Positions 1 to 14,007 are shown, numbered from the whole stretch's first letter. The stretch is 59,365 nucleotides of DNA, filler included, from Sphacelaria rigidula (GCA_964200075.2; 9 parts of 9 records of this genome joined end to end with filler, not necessarily neighbours in it), one strand, 5' to 3'. Program-made: numbers and translations. Notes: generated by a model not told the origin, from the letters alone.

Positions 1-71
1 CGTTGCTTCTCTCTCTGGTGATATCGTCACCGACACGCGTGTACACCGCATTCCTTAGGTGCACCTAGCCA

Positions 72-348
72 CAGCTAACAACGTTTTCGTGAGATTGAGA
101 GTAGAGGATACGATTGAGAGTGAAAAGCGTCCAATTAGTAAATGAATAGTTTCAGTTCCGAAATGTCCCTCCACGAGACCCGATAAGCTTTCTGCAAGTT
201 CTTGCCCCTGAAGCCTTTGCTATTCTTGAGTAGGATATCGACGTATAGCTCCAAGGACAGAGTGAGGAATCGGTAAAGTTGAAGCGGATGATCAAATCCA
301 CTCTCAATCAACGCTCTACTCTCAATCTCACGGAAACATTGTTAGCTG
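72..348. mobile_element. Small foldback/MITE-like element with ~50-bp terminal inverted repeats
   Basis: CAGCTAACAACGTTTTCGTGAGATTGAGAGTAGAG... from 72 is the near reverse complement of ...CTCTACTCTCAATCTCACGGAAACATTGTTAGCTG ending at 348. No clear TSD. Confidence 0.6.
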
Positions 349-2059
349 CTTAACTGCTGTGGACGTTTGGGGGGGGGAGATGGCTTCGCTCGGTCGTAAG
401 TGTTTCGCGTCTTCCCTGCAAAAGAGAAAATCCACTTCAACCTCATTTTTTGGATGAACCCCATTTTCTAGGATTCACTATTATTTCATTAGGTCTAGTG
501 CTCCAAGGGTCAAGTGACATCTTATCAGCTACAAGCCAACGTGTCGTGCGACAATATGAAAGATGTATATGACCGTCTCTTCGAATAAATTGTTGGCTCT
601 CAATCCCACGAAAACATTGCTCGACGCGAAAACCCCACGTTACTATTACATGAATGCTATGGTTTGGGGTATAACTCGACCCCATAGTGACCGTTTCAAA
701 GGCTACTTTTTCTGATAGATTCCCGAGCTGATGGCGATTACTACGACGTGGAGAATGTGGAGATTGGGTAGAAATAGGGTCGATAATTCGTGTCGTCAAT
801 CTCAGAATAACTTGAAGGGTGCCGATTGGTCGATGCAGCTTTCCGCCCTTAGCGCCACTGCTACATGGCCTTGGACAAAAATCTGGCCATGTCACCCTCT
901 TCGTCTGTCTGTCGCGATCAGTATGATACTACCGTACCATGTCCGCGACTGTTGGGGTAGGTATTGCGGAAGACATATTTTGCTGATGATACAAGTGTCG
1001 ATGATAATCGTGAACCAGCCTGTAGACTGAGAAGCCTTCTCAGGCATACCGGCGTCAAAGGAAAACACAAAAGAGCCTCCGGTTCATCACTGGAGAATTT
1101 GACAAACACAAGGTGACAAACGTATTACCGGACGACAAAGACAAACGCCCTTTCACGAGTGCATTCTTGAACCAGCGCTCTCCACGATCGGCGTCGTCCA
1201 GTCAAATGCGAAAAGGCGACACAAATGCCATCCCAGGAGGTAGGGTTCGGTCGAGGCTGAGCGCGTGCTTGATGGCTGTCTGTACTCGTTGCCGCACGGG
1301 ATACAAACGGCAGGGGCGGGGATATCCAAAAAAAATGAAGAAGTTAATGGGAAGGGGGTTGCCCGAGGAGCTAATACAATGCCAAAGACAGACAGACACA
1401 TTCTTTTTTCCCGTCACAAAGACCCCGGTTCGCCACTGGAGAATATTTTACCATCGTTCGTGCAACTCATCATTATTCTGAGCTCAACAGATGCACCACG
1501 TTGTCTTCGTTTATTTCAAGTGTAAACTCTTCATCGAAAGCCAAACACGTACAATCGGATACTGTACGAGTACGAGAAGGAGAAAATCGCGTATAATCCA
1601 TGTAACACGACAAAACAGAACGGACGCACGCCGTGAACCGGAGGTCGCGGCACTGATTGATTGATTGATTATCTCACAGTAGCTGATTGCAACAATCCAG
1701 CCCGTGGTCAGGAGCGGCAAAAAAAAAAGCACCGTGTCCGCCATGACGCCCTAAATTTCAGTACGCAATCACGCACTACATTATTCGGCGGTCCGCGTTA
1801 AAACGCATCAATTCCACCTGAAAGCACGGATGTCCGTAACAAGACCCAAAAGTTTTCAGACTGTGAACACATGAAAATGAAGTACACAAAAGCTCGTACG
1901 CGCGACGAAAAGTTGAGCGTAAAAGTCATGCAGGATTGCAAGCTCAACCTCAACTGCATCAAATCATTCCGGGAACTCGGGAATCTGTGAAAACAAAAAT
2001 TGCCACTCCCGACTATAGCCACAAGCCTGGTTCGCTCCTCCCATCACCCCCCGCCCCCT

Positions 2060-2110
2060 CAATGGTCAAACGACTAAGGCAAGCAACGAATGAGTACGCC
2101 CGCCCTCCCC
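2060..2110 (+). mobile_element. 5'-truncated copy of the dispersed C-tailed SINE-like unit (family A)
   Basis: CAATGGTCAAACGACTAAGGCAAGCAACGAATGAGTACGCCC matches copies at ~24904, ~25375 (minus) and 29462. C-rich on both sides. Confidence 0.7.
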
Positions 2111-5100
2111 CTTCATCCCCCGGTGCGCGCTAGTACCCGTCCGCCTTACACCTTCCGACCCGGCTGCAGATCCGCAAAAACCCGTAGATGAACCGTGTTG
2201 TTTGAAGTAGATAAGCGTATGGTATACAGCAGTCCTTCATGCAGCCGTAATGGAAAATAACACACGAGTTATGTAGTGTGATCCGAAGCGACAACAATCC
2301 AACCTCAGTCCTTCTCGTACACTCGCGTAGCCACGCCCAAAACGTTGTGTCGTTTCAAGGGTAGAGTATCGAAATTCCAGCAAACGGGATATTTGTACGA
2401 ATATGATTTGTTGGGGGGGTTGATGTAGAAAGATCAAGGTTGGGTTTGTTACGGGTCATCGGCGTGACGTACTCTCCGTAAAGTGTCTCATTATAGACGC
2501 TTGAACAACGACAGTGCTGTATACGTCTTGTGCAATAAAGGCCTGTGGATAAATTATTCAGCCCGTCTCGAAAAGAAGACACTGTCATAGGAAACTACGA
2601 TACACGGTAAGGCAAGCCACATAGACGTAGAGAGTATATATGCGCGAAACACACATTTGGCAGCAGGGGCGCGTTGTGGCGTGCCAGCAACGCCCCTCCT
2701 CTGCTTCCATGAAAGTTAGTTCGACCCTTTCGACAAGAGTACGGATGTCGAGAGCACGCTCCTGGCATTCCCTCGACCTCAACGCATCACACGGCACCCA
2801 CAGTATGATCAGGGCAGCTTGATACCAGTAGCTTTTCCTGACCCCCCCCTAGAGATTACACACTATTGCTGTTGCTGTCGTTATAGTTGTTGTTGCTTGT
2901 TCTACACAACATATTTTATATTCAACAATCAGACAGCGAGCACAGCCTCCGCAGGATCCGGTCTACCGTGAGAGCATTCTCGTTCGGCCTCCTTGGTAGG
3001 ACAAACGGCGGACAGCCGTCTCATTTTCACGCCTTGATCTTGACAATACGACGAGAGGAAGGAACCCTCCCTTGGCACGCCTTCACGTTTCGTCCGTCGA
3101 TGTTGATGGTGCATGTTGCGCAATCGCCCTGTTTACAGTTGTACTTGACCTGGAAAAAATTATGGCGAAAAAGTACAACGCAAACACAGCGGATGACAAA
3201 GCGAAGAGGGCTGGCTTAGGGAGGTTAGAGTATCTACTAAGCACAAACTCGCGTACTGTATCACACGTGCGGTCGGGCAGGCCACGGACATTTGTTTCAG
3301 TTTTAAAAGCCTACAGATGAGAAATTTTCCCCCCGCTGATTCGACGACAAAATTAAGCAACAACCAGGTGAATAATAACGAGCAGAGTATGCCGATGGCG
3401 ATTCCCCTCAACATGCCCAACTTTGACCCAGCTACGATATGACCCCGAAAGGTCAGGCCGAGGGATCGAACGTGAATCCAACATTAACCACGCCTCTAAC
3501 GCACTACACATGGGTGTTATCTTCGCGGTGTATCACTTTGTAAACGAAGATCGATTTAGATAAATGAGAACAATTTGTGTGCCGGAATGACCGGAGGACG
3601 ACATTGTTCGCTGTAAGCCCCCAGATTTCACCAATCCCAGATATACTTTTTTTAGGATAAATGACACCACACATCACGGGCGCAGAGTGCATTTGCATTT
3701 TTTTTACGAAAATATTTCGCTACGTATGAAACTTGCCAACCTTCATCTTCGATAAAAAATCCATCCCCAATTTGTAAGATCCCGTGTTTCAGACACATAA
3801 TCCGCCCTTATGGTCTCAATGCAACATGGCAAGTGGTACATCATGAGCAGTGATCACAGCACACATACACCCACTGTTGTCTGTGCTGGACGGGCGCAGC
3901 GTATACCACGGACACCCTCTTGTAGCTACGCGCGCACGATCTGTGCGACTTCACGCATGCGACTACTGGACGTGTAAGCCGCCGGACCTTAACCATTCCT
4001 CAAATTCCGCCTGACCGTCTTGCAATCTTTCGATGTAGAGAAGAAGGAAGTGTGAAGAGCATGCCCTTCGTAATCCTGGGATTTCGCATTTCCGTTCCCC
4101 TGCACTACATCCACGAGGATAATTTCCCGCGACTCACCAGCTTGCCAGCTGTTACGTCCCCCACCGAACCCTCACTCTCCACGACCATCAACTCTCAATC
4201 TATGTATGCTCCACAGAACATCCACAAACTCAGACAACAAGAGCACCGACAAGCTCCTGCGGTAGCCAGTCTTGTGGGAGTAGCACAGTGTTCATATTTG
4301 GCGTCTATGGTGGGACAACACAGACAGGCAGTACAGATGCGGTACTTGCGTGAGAGCACAGTTTTCTCAGAACCAACTTCGAGTGTCAAAAGTGAACCCG
4401 GGTCGAGCACGCATCGTTGGGGGTAGGATTTGTGGGTGAAGTTACGGCCTTAAAATCTACACCCTTTCACACTTGACGGTGACCACGTTGCCACGGAGTC
4501 ATAGCCGAACGAGCCTGACATTATCTGAACGGCTTCGTATACAGACATACACAAACGCACGCACGCACACACGCACACACGATTCACGGATTCGGTCAGC
4601 TCTGACTTTGAACCCGCACAACATCTCTGGGGCTCGCGCTGGTGTTTGACCTGAGTATCTTCTGTGCGTTTTTTTAGAGTAAAAGAAGAATAATACACTC
4701 AAGCAATCTGAAGGAGTAACGACAGGTATTCAGCCCCTCCCATCATGCGGTAACAAAAAATGATCAGGCAGGTGCTGGAGGAGAGAAGCGTTGACCCGCT
4801 GGTTGACGCGTTGAGACTACAGAATCATCACGAAGAAGGGAGCGGGTGTTGGAAATGGCAAAGGTACGACAGGGCGGTCTCAACATCGATATTCAGGGAC
4901 CAGTCGGTAGCTTGACGCTTTACCCCGTACAGTGCTCGTACGCATGTCTGTTGTCCATCACCAAATTAGGGGACCCTGTCATGCCCGGAAAAAACGTTTG
5001 ATCCCCGTCCCTACCACGGGATGGCTCGTACATACGGAGGCCTCTGTCTCACCTTCACCCCTGCTTTCGCGCACATCTGAGAGAGCGGCGTGCCCACAAC

Positions 5101-5694
5101 AGCTGTCACTGTTTTCCCCGTCTGGGTGAACTCCACCACAACGTCCGCCTGTTGAAGGCAGAGGCAATCGCAACAAATGTATTCGGAAATGTTGAGAAGA
5201 GGAGGGAAAAGAAGGTCGTGAGTTATCAACTGGATGATGTCCGCTACACGCCGGTGGTTACACGTATGCTATATCATAAAGTTTCAATTTTGCGCGAAAT
5301 CCGCTGGACTCTGGATCCCGACAGTAACGGTTTACTCTGTTGGTGTAACTTTTGTCATTCGATAGAAAGTACGAGGACGTGAGGATGCAGAAATATCTAC
5401 ATGGGAGGAGAATCCACGGGCTGCGGGGACTTATCAGTTACCGGTCAATAACAAAGCGTCCGGCAGCGTACCGGAGGAAGAATGAGTAGATTCCCCCGAG
5501 ACTCGAACTTCTTCCGAGGGAGGAGTGGGGGGGGGCATATTATTGCCTGGTTGAGCCAATCACTCTTTGCTTCTTCATTTTTTTCCCATCATAGCCTCAG
5601 GTGACTATATATGCGCGTGGAGTGATTAAGCAAGAGGACCGGTCGAGCAACTCAAGATATGAATCGGACTGTTCAACTACCGTAATATCCTCTG

Positions 5695-6508
5695 TGAACG
5701 CCCCGGGGGGCGCGTCAAAATCCGGTCGTCAGAGGATCGCCCCGGGGTGTTCTCAAAGGTAGAGGGGCGATCTTCCGTAGAAAAAAAAACACCCCGGGGC
5801 TTTTTCGCCCCAGGGCGCCGGCTATTTTATTGGGCAAATAGAACACCCCGGCGCGAAAAAGCCCCCGGGGCGTGGGCCTTTTGTAGTTTTTACCTGCACA
5901 ACATCCACAGCACGTCTACGGGGACCTCTCTCGTTTTGGAACCCACGATGTCGGGCCTCAACGCTATTTACGAGCAAGCTTTCACGAGGCGCAAAAAGGC
6001 TTGTGATTGGGGGAGCTTGCGTCGTCCGCAGGGTGGTGAGGAAAAGGAGGATGGGGATGACGGCCCCTCCAACAAAAAACAAAAGGGTCCGCTCAAACGA
6101 GTGTACCCTGAGCCCAACTTTGCCCTCACGAGAGTCACGGGGCCAAAGGGGCGCTCCTCGTACCAGCAAGGACATGAACAACATCAACAACCAAAACAAG
6201 AACAATAGGAACGGCAAACAGCACAGTCAGCAGTAGCAGTAGCACAAACACGACAGGAGCTACAGGACAGCTGTAGCAGCAGCAGTAGCGGAGGCAGCTG
6301 TAGCAGCAGCAGTAGCGGAGGCAGCTGATCGAAAGAACGCCCCGTGGGGAGCCACAAAAAACGAACGAACGCCCCGGGGGCGCAAAAAAATGGGGGGGCG
6401 AACACAAAGGTAGAGTGACGATTTTTTTTCTGCAAAAAACCATAGCGCCCCGGGGTGAAAACAAGGTTTTTGGCGTCAAAAAATGACTTCTTTTTTGGGG
6501 GGGGCGGG
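5695..6508. repeat. Cluster of CCCCGGGG palindromic motifs around a CAG/TAG low-complexity tract; probable transposon remnant
   Basis: Repeated (GAAC)GCCCCGGGG motifs at 5697-5870 and 6335-6456. CAAAGGTAGAG occurs in both blocks. GCAGCTGTAGCAGCAGCAGTAGCGGAG-type duplication at ~6270-6325. Confidence 0.45.
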
Positions 6509-6608
6509 NNNNNNNNNNNNNNNNNNNNNNNNNNNNNNNNNNNNNNNNNNNNTTAATTAATTAANNNNNNNNNNNNNNNNNNNNNNNNNNNNNNNNNNNN
6601 NNNNNNNN
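6509..6608. other. Artificial contig linker
   Basis: N44-TTAATTAATTAA-N44, stop codons in all six frames. Confidence 0.98.
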
Positions 6609-7731
6609 CTACTGACAAGGCAGCGCTGACTTGTCAGTAGTCTAGTTGGTAGTCTCTTAAACCGTCACATGACGTACAATTATACTCCAGAGTATTTTTT
6701 GGCACCCCCCCAAAAAAAATTAACGCATGTGCCGACGTTTCCTGTCATTGGTAGTGAAGAACGTTGGAGAAAAAGAGCTCGCATTCGAGTTTGTGCATGT
6801 TCGAGGTTTGAAACCTCATCCTTTTCTAATGAATGTGCAGAGTCGAGGTATGCGCTCATTCGATCGAAGCACACGGAATAGTGACGGTAGAAATCAAAAC
6901 ATTATAACCAATACCACACCCGGCCCGCTGTGATCAACCACCTCTTGCACGATGACGAAAGATATTCGCAAGACAGCTGTATCACCGCATACCGCCGTTG
7001 CTATGATGTCAATTTGCACACTACCCGCTGCTGTACATCATGTGCGCACTGCTTTCCTCTGGAAAACTACGCTAGGTTGCTTGAGATACCACACCCTCAG
7101 GAGCGATTTCAAAGGTCGTTTACTTTCTCTCGAAAAGATGGTTGCAACGCCGCCCAGTTCAGCCCTAGCATCGCTTCTGGTGAAGAGTAAGTGAGCTTTG
7201 AAAATCTGTCTAGGGTATGTGGTATCTTAAGCGACCTACAATAGTGAGAGAGGGTGCCAGTGTGCCAGGGTACTGCTCGGTCTTGTACACTGCGGCCATA
7301 GCAAAACAGCCGTATCGTATCGAATATCGATACTCCACACGCATCGTGTCCTTTTCGGTATATCGACAAAAATATCGGTATCGGTGGTTGTGGTTCGATT
7401 TTCTAAAAATATCTATCGAACTTCATTCTCGGTCCGACATGCAACCCTGATACATATAAACAAAAGAATCTCTACTGTCCACGGCAGCTGGCCGCATCCG
7501 CCAACGTTTCGGCAATGAACCAGGGAACACACGGCTGGGTGTCCCCCCCCCCCTACCCCCCATCACAAACTCAAATTTTCAAATTTTCCATCTTGGGGCC
7601 TAGGTGTCCTGATTCTTTTTCGCTGTCCCCTGCCATCACTGATATTTTACCCGATCTTCATCATATGACAAAGCTCTGCAGGACTGCATGGATAAATTAA
7701 GTTTATGTTGCCCACCTTCGATGATTTTCGG

Positions 7732-7909
7732 CTAGATCTGAGGAAACCATCTCGTCTTTCTGCTGAGATCGGGAGACTCCCGCATCTCCCCCAAATCGGG
7801 CTCCCAAATCGGGGGATATGCGGGGGTCTCCAGATCTGAGCCGAAAGGTGATGAACCAAAAGTCAACGTTCAGAGAATCGGAGAATTGATCTGGTTTCCT
7901 CAGGGCTAG
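7732..7909. repeat. Nested inverted repeats, foldback remnant
   Basis: CTAGATCTGAGGAAACCA pairs with TGGTTTCCTCAGGGCTAG. Inner GCTGAGATCGGGAGACTCCCGCATCTCCCC pairs with GGGGGATATGCGGGGGTCTCCAGATCTGAGC. Confidence 0.5.
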
Positions 7910-9070
7910 GCGAAAAACATTGCTCAACGGGCTGGGGCCCGAAAAACCAATCCACGGGAGAAATTCGCCTGTGGACCGGCTGAAATCCTCACTCGAATTG
8001 GTCGCCATAAAAATGGTCTTAGACACGGCCTCAGTCAGGATGTACCTACTCCGAGCAGACAGACATAGCACGTATATCGTATGTAACGACCACACTCACT
8101 GGCGGGGAAATAATCACAACAGTCGCGATAGATTCGTAACAACTGCTATTGTGCCTACTGCTGCGGCCGCGTCGGTGATGAGTGATGAGCGAAGGATGTA
8201 TAATATGTATGGTGTGTGGATGAAGCCTCCGAAAGGCAAAACCCGTCCGTGATTCCACTATTATTTTTCAGGGCGACCGTGTCCCCCCCCCTTTCCCCCC
8301 CCCTCTGCGCGCTCCCGCTCGAACCCCCAGATGACCTGTGTGTGCGTGTTGATTACGTTGGTCATTTGGGATACGTTATTCCAACCCTTCGCCAACATCC
8401 ATGATCGATCATTGTTGACCCATAACTTGTTTATTGTTGAACCCTACATGCCGAAACCCTAACCCTGCCTAGTGCCAACCCAAGCCCCAAATCGCTACCC
8501 CAAAACCTTCATCCTAAGTTATGGCGTTCTGAGAACACTCGGGCAGGCGGGGTATTTATGTATACAGCTTTACTGCGCGAGATGTATGTGCGGGACCATT
8601 ACCACACTTGCAAAGATACATAATGGACAGGATACCTCCTGCAGCTCGACCTATAGAAGTTTCCTGGAAATAGTGGGTTAGCATGGTTGACATAGAGAGC
8701 CCTATACCCTTTCCCCTCGGAAGGCCGCTGCCCTCTCGAGAAACCCTGTCAGGAAGCAAAATATTTAAAATTCCAAGCCGCACGCCGTAGTCAAGGGTTA
8801 ATTCATGCGCATGACCGCGTGCTCTATTACTGCAGTTTGTTCTAGAGGATTGCTATATTGTTTTATATTACCGCTGCACTCTCATCTGTGCTGAACCCTG
8901 CATGCTCACACTTGCTGTTTTCCTTCTCTTGCAAATTACGTCACCTCCTCCACATTAGTAGGAGTTGAAAAGTAGTGAAGATATCAGTGTACGTTCGGGG
9001 GGGAAGCTGACTGGCAAAGTTCTCTACAACAAACCATCTGTGCTGTTGCCTTCCAAAGCCCCTAAACACC

Positions 9071-10049
9071 ATGCCGAGGCGTCTGGAAGGCAAGGTTGCC
9101 TTGGTGACGGGTGGATCGAAGGGTATGGGCAAGGCGGCTGCGCTTCGTTTTGCGGAGGAGGGAGCCAAGGTCAGACCAGATAGCAGAGATATAACGAAAT
9201 GCACATCGTCGCATGGGATTTCTTTTTTTCATGTCTCCTCGGAGCTTGATGCCTAGCGCAGCACAGCTTGATGCCTATAGCAGGATGTTCGCTTTTGTTT
9301 GCCCATGTCGCGATGCTGCATCTTATCGAGCAGTCCTATTTCGGAGAGTCTAGTGTTCATGACGGGGAGGGTGGTTTCATCATTCGATGAAAAACGGAAC
9401 ACCCTTGCAGCAAGTAATTCGTATCAAACCATCTATAATGGAAAATGGAACAGTCAGTGACTGGCAGCCTGTTCATGGTGCATCAATGCTGAGTGCTACA
9501 GACAGTACCAAGAGAATTGCTATGACGGCAGCAAACCCGGCTTTGTGCTTTCGGGACGCGACCCACCCTTTTTTGTCTCCTCGCGCAAGTTATAGCAGAA
9601 TGGTGTTGATTTCGACGAGGCTCTGAGTTGTGCTTCTCCGGATTTGTGTTCCCCTTGAAATGGAATGAAGCGGCACGCCGTCCCTCACAAAACAGAAGCA
9701 GACAGAGTATGAAAACACCGATGCTGTGATGGGGTGAAAGATGCGATATTTTTTGTTTCATCACGTGTGGAGTGACAAAAACCGGATGGGTGGCAGCTGG
9801 AGCTCATTGCTCTTTTTCACCATGGCCTCCATTCTCTCGTAGGTCTTTGGACAATTTGAACCATGGAACTGATGGCAAGTAACTGCGTTCTGCTTTTTGA
9901 TTTTATCTACGCTGGTAATGAATACAATTGCAAACAATAAACTATAGGTGGTAATAACTGCAAGAAGTGAGGAGCATCTCAAAAGCGCAGCACAGGAAAT
10001 CAGGGCAGCAGGGGGAGAAGTGTCCGTGTGCGTGGGCGACGTAACGAAG
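9071..10049 (+). CDS. Classical short-chain dehydrogenase/reductase (SDR), first two exons (9071-9169, 9948-10049); 3' part not found
   Basis: Spliced product [67 protein letters not shown]. It has the TGxxxGxG Rossmann motif, the TAR motif and the DVT motif. Phase-0 intron AAG|GTCAG...TATAG|GTG; next donor AAG|GTATT at 10050. Lys in the Gly motif and Arg after beta2 suggest NADP(H) preference. Confidence 0.9.
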
Positions 10050-12740
10050 GTATTTACCCGTGTTTCCTTAATGCTCAATGTTGTTTCGTGGGGTCCGCAT
10101 CTTCAACACGAACAGTACAGTAGTGAAGAAAGGTGGCGAATGATGGCGACTACGGTCATGTAGTGGGGAGGTCAAACAGAATCTCCCCCTCTCTCCCCAC
10201 CTCCCCTCCTGAAATCTAGACAGTATTCTGGTTCTCTAGGGCAACTGGTTTCCATATGTTTATGTTTCATGTTCATGTCGTGTTTCTTTGTGTGCCCTGT
10301 CGTTCGTGTGAAGTTTTACATTTGGGGCATTCAACTGCGGGCCGCGGAGCATAAATACTGGCCAGTTGCCCTACACGTCGCGTTCGGCATCCACATTGGA
10401 TCTCATGTTGAAAACCCTGACTGTTGACAACAAAGGACGCTCTGCCCATGATACTACAGTAGAGAGTATCAGATTCTGAATGATTGAGGACAGATATCGA
10501 GACTATTTTACCGTACGTTGATGTGCTGAGTGCATATGCTGTGTTGTGGATGAAACTGCCGCTGTTCGAAACGACATAAGTAATGTGTTGTAAAAAATTG
10601 GACGTTCTGGGCACAATCGACCATCAAGCGAGTATCCGAGTAGCCCTGAACTGGACAAGATGTGTCCACCCTAACCCTAAAAGCAGTATGTTCCTCGAAC
10701 CCTGTAAGTCAGCGTGATCTACCATCACACCTCTAGTCTGCAGTTGGGTGTTTGACTTCTGTTAATCTACTGCTTTCCCTTAGTCTTAGCTGGCCTCTGT
10801 GAACGTGAAGAGATTTGGCCTTCGAAGCCGCCTCTTCCTGCCACCCCTTCGGAAAGCGAAATACCGCATTCGGAACAAAAAGCACCCGCAAGGAACATTT
10901 TGCGTTGCTCGCGGATTGCCACGCACGAGATCAAACCAACTCGCGGCGCTCAAATGGGTTTGCGCATCGCTTTTGTCGCCCGCGGTCAATTGCCGGTGCA
11001 CATTATGCCACGATATTTTTGGCATTTTCACGTATTCCACGTTTTGTTCAATGTGGCCGGCCCAGATGAAGACATGTGCAGTCATATTCACAGTAGAAGC
11101 AGGACGTCTGATGCATTTTATGGTTCAGTCACCGCGTTTTTCGTGACAGATCAAGATGATTGGCACGCAAATCTTGCGAAACTTGAACTCGGAACACTCT
11201 CTAATGCTCTGATATTTCTTGCCAGCCGGTCACCGGAGATTGTGAGACAAGTACACACCGTCCTCCCTAGCATCGCCATACGTGAAGTAGCACATGCTGT
11301 GTAGCACAGGGAGCGTCACGTTGCGCGTCCAGTACAGTACTCGACGGGACGAGGCACCGGACTCTTCGCTTATTAAGCCGTAATGGACAGTACTGTTCTG
11401 TGTGTACCAGACAGTACGGGGGCATTATGCCACCCGTTTGTCCGAGAAACGTGATGCAGCAAAGCACGTCCATCACATTGTCGGTATGATATTGTATTCT
11501 GAACACGTGTTCATTGATCTCCTCATTTTGCTGCCATCGTAGGTATCTACTAATGATGAAGACACCAGGAGCGTCGCGTTTGTGATCCTTGCACTGGTCT
11601 CTCTATTCACCTCGAGGTGATCCGCAAACAAACCGAGGCGGCCAGCAGTGTCGAGCTGTGTGCGAAGAAATTCACATGGAAGCAATTAGGACGATCAGCA
11701 TACCAGTTTTTTAAATTCATCAATATTCGCCAGCAAAATCCAATTTCTTCATGTTGCTCCTTTTTTTTGTCGCTTCGCAAAAACAGAATTCTACAGCTGA
11801 TACCATCCTCACCTCCACACCATTTGCCCCACAGCAGCTGTAGATGCGTACTGCAATCCTTCAGAGAACCGCTTAATCATGATGCATGTGAGGTGAGAAA
11901 AATTCGAACAACGACGTTGCGTGCGCCCGACACTACGAGTGTAAAGTTACCCCGCTGCCCAACTTTATCGTTGACAATGCTTACTTTTTAATACGGTGAT
12001 TCAAATCTGAATCATGAGTTTTTTCGCAGCGAAGCTCACAGCCTACAGGGCCCGTCCAGTGTGCTGAGCACCAGTGTTGACCAAGATGGGCACGAGGGGT
12101 TTGGGACGGGTACAGCGTCTAACGGGTTAAAGGGTTCCCACCAAACACGTCCAGCCATGGATGTCCGAAGCCAGGTTGGCAAGATCCCCATATCCGAACA
12201 AGATCCCCAAGTATGCAGCTTGTGTTCACACTTCGTGCGCGGTACGCAGTAGCACGGCGAAATCTGCCGGTGAGTAGCTGGCACAGGAGAAGAAAATTGC
12301 ATGTTGACTCGTCTGTATTCCCAGATTTCAACCTTGACCCCAATACGGCGACAACAGTAGGTCATCCGTTGTACCGTCATCACTTTCGCTTGGAAAGGGT
12401 ATGCATAATCCAGACGGACTACCCTGGCGATCCAAGGGTTGAGAAAATTACGAAAATCCCATCTAGAACATCCCGATGCTAGCCTCCTCCCCATGACCTT
12501 CGGCAGCGCGACGTTCACCCCCTTTTCAGATTTGCGTTGTTGGAGTGTGGTTTACAGCGCTGGTTCGCACTGGCATCTTATTCCCCTGTTGCCAGGGAGC
12601 TTCAACTCTTTGAGAGCGAGAATAGGCCATCTGTTGAACCGGCATCAATTTCACCTAAAGGGAGTATGCAAGATCCAGATGGACTATCCTGGCGATTAGT
12701 AGCACGGAGTCAAAATCTTGTGGAGATGGCGGTGTTTTAA

Positions 12741-12838
12741 CCCTTGGACCGCGAGGGTAGTCTATGTGGATCATGCATACTTTTTTCAAGTGAAATTGAT
12801 GTCGATTCAACAGATGACCTACTCTCGCTGTCTAAGGG
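12741..12838. mobile_element. 98-bp piggyBac-like MITE with TTAA target site duplication
   Basis: TTAA|CCCTTGGACCGCGAG ... CTCGCTGTCTAAGGG|TTAA. 15-bp TIR with 2 mismatches; TTAA at 12737-12740 and 12839-12842. Related diverged copies in the opposite orientation at ~12329-12441 and ~12602-12696. Confidence 0.75.
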
Positions 12839-13116
12839 TTAACAAAACAAGAAAATGATACTCATTTCGTGATCATGGCCGTGAAGTGACGGTTCACAAC
12901 GTGATCTTCACGAGGAATCACACGCGGTTCTAGTCTAGCATGCTAGGGTTAGCCATTAGCTCTTTAACCCTTTTGGGACCGGACCCCCACTAACACAAGG
13001 TTGACTCTGTTTCGATAAAAAAATATAAGTCTTCGAGCGACCTACCCAATCACAGCGAGGCGAAATTCATCGACCAGACCCGAACGACGAGCGCGGGGAT
13101 TGCTGCCGGATGTGAT

Positions 13117-13216
13117 NNNNNNNNNNNNNNNNNNNNNNNNNNNNNNNNNNNNNNNNNNNNTTAATTAATTAANNNNNNNNNNNNNNNNNNNNNNNNNNNN
13201 NNNNNNNNNNNNNNNN
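13117..13216. other. Artificial contig linker
   Basis: N44-TTAATTAATTAA-N44. Confidence 0.98.
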
Positions 13217-14007
13217 GGTTGATCCCTTGAGACCACGGACTCATCCCGAGGAAGGGGAGGCGTTCAAAGTGCGAGGGGAAAAAAAAACAAAAACAGTGGC
13301 TTTATCGCCACGCGCAGAGATGTGTCGATGAGTTGCGGTAGCGGCGATATCCCTGTACCGTCCCTGGTATCTGTGGATGAACTTCTCCAAGTCTTCAATT
13401 GAAGTGTCTCCTGGAATGGTAGGTCTATTTTGTGCCCTCGTCTGGAGTAAAGTAAGAGCGATTTGCGATCACTAATCAATCAATCATTAAAATCAATGCG
13501 AATGTGCTGCTGGATTTGCCGGGTCACCTACGGTGGCGGATTTCATGAGTGCTCTGCGGCATGTCATGGTTTTTTCTCGTGTGAGAGCAAACATGGGCAA
13601 CTGAGACTAAATTTCAAGTTTTTCTTTTTTCACTGGTTTTCTAATGGCGTCATTTTTTCACGCATTTTGGGGGGAGATGTTGCCTTCCAAACTGGCGTTT
13701 ACTCTAAAGTGATGGAGAACAACAATGTAGCGATCGCGTGTTTGACGCATCAGCTTCTCGCGCAAGCTACACTGCAGTAGAGATCACAACGGCTCGATAT
13801 AGTGTGTGCCGAGCAGCCCTCACGACCCACGCGAAATGCTTGCATACAAGAGCGCTAGCCCTCCCCACAGCAGCTTAGGGGGGCCGTCGCTACAGCACGA
13901 TACGGAGCGTTCCTGCCTCTTGCCCTTGAAAAAGGTTTGAGATATTTGTCAATATACTTCGTCTTCACAGCAGCACCGCTAAAGATGCTGTCTACGACAA
14001 GTGCACT

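Noticed and set aside
2950..3480. Protein-like stretch (…LFTVVLDLEKIMAKKYNANTADDKAKRAG…)
   Set aside because: Interrupted by stops and has no motif I can recognise. It may be a decayed TE ORF but cannot be supported without a search.
6609..6640. 32-bp palindrome CTACTGACAAG...CTTGTCAGTAG as a terminator or operator
   Set aside because: Eukaryotic context and cut by the contig start; most likely a fragment of a repeat.
10273..10614. Minus-strand peptide ...STYGKIVSISVLN... resembling the SDR 'YGKLDILVNN' segment
   Set aside because: It is on the opposite strand to the SDR exons and lacks the NNAG motif; treated as coincidence.
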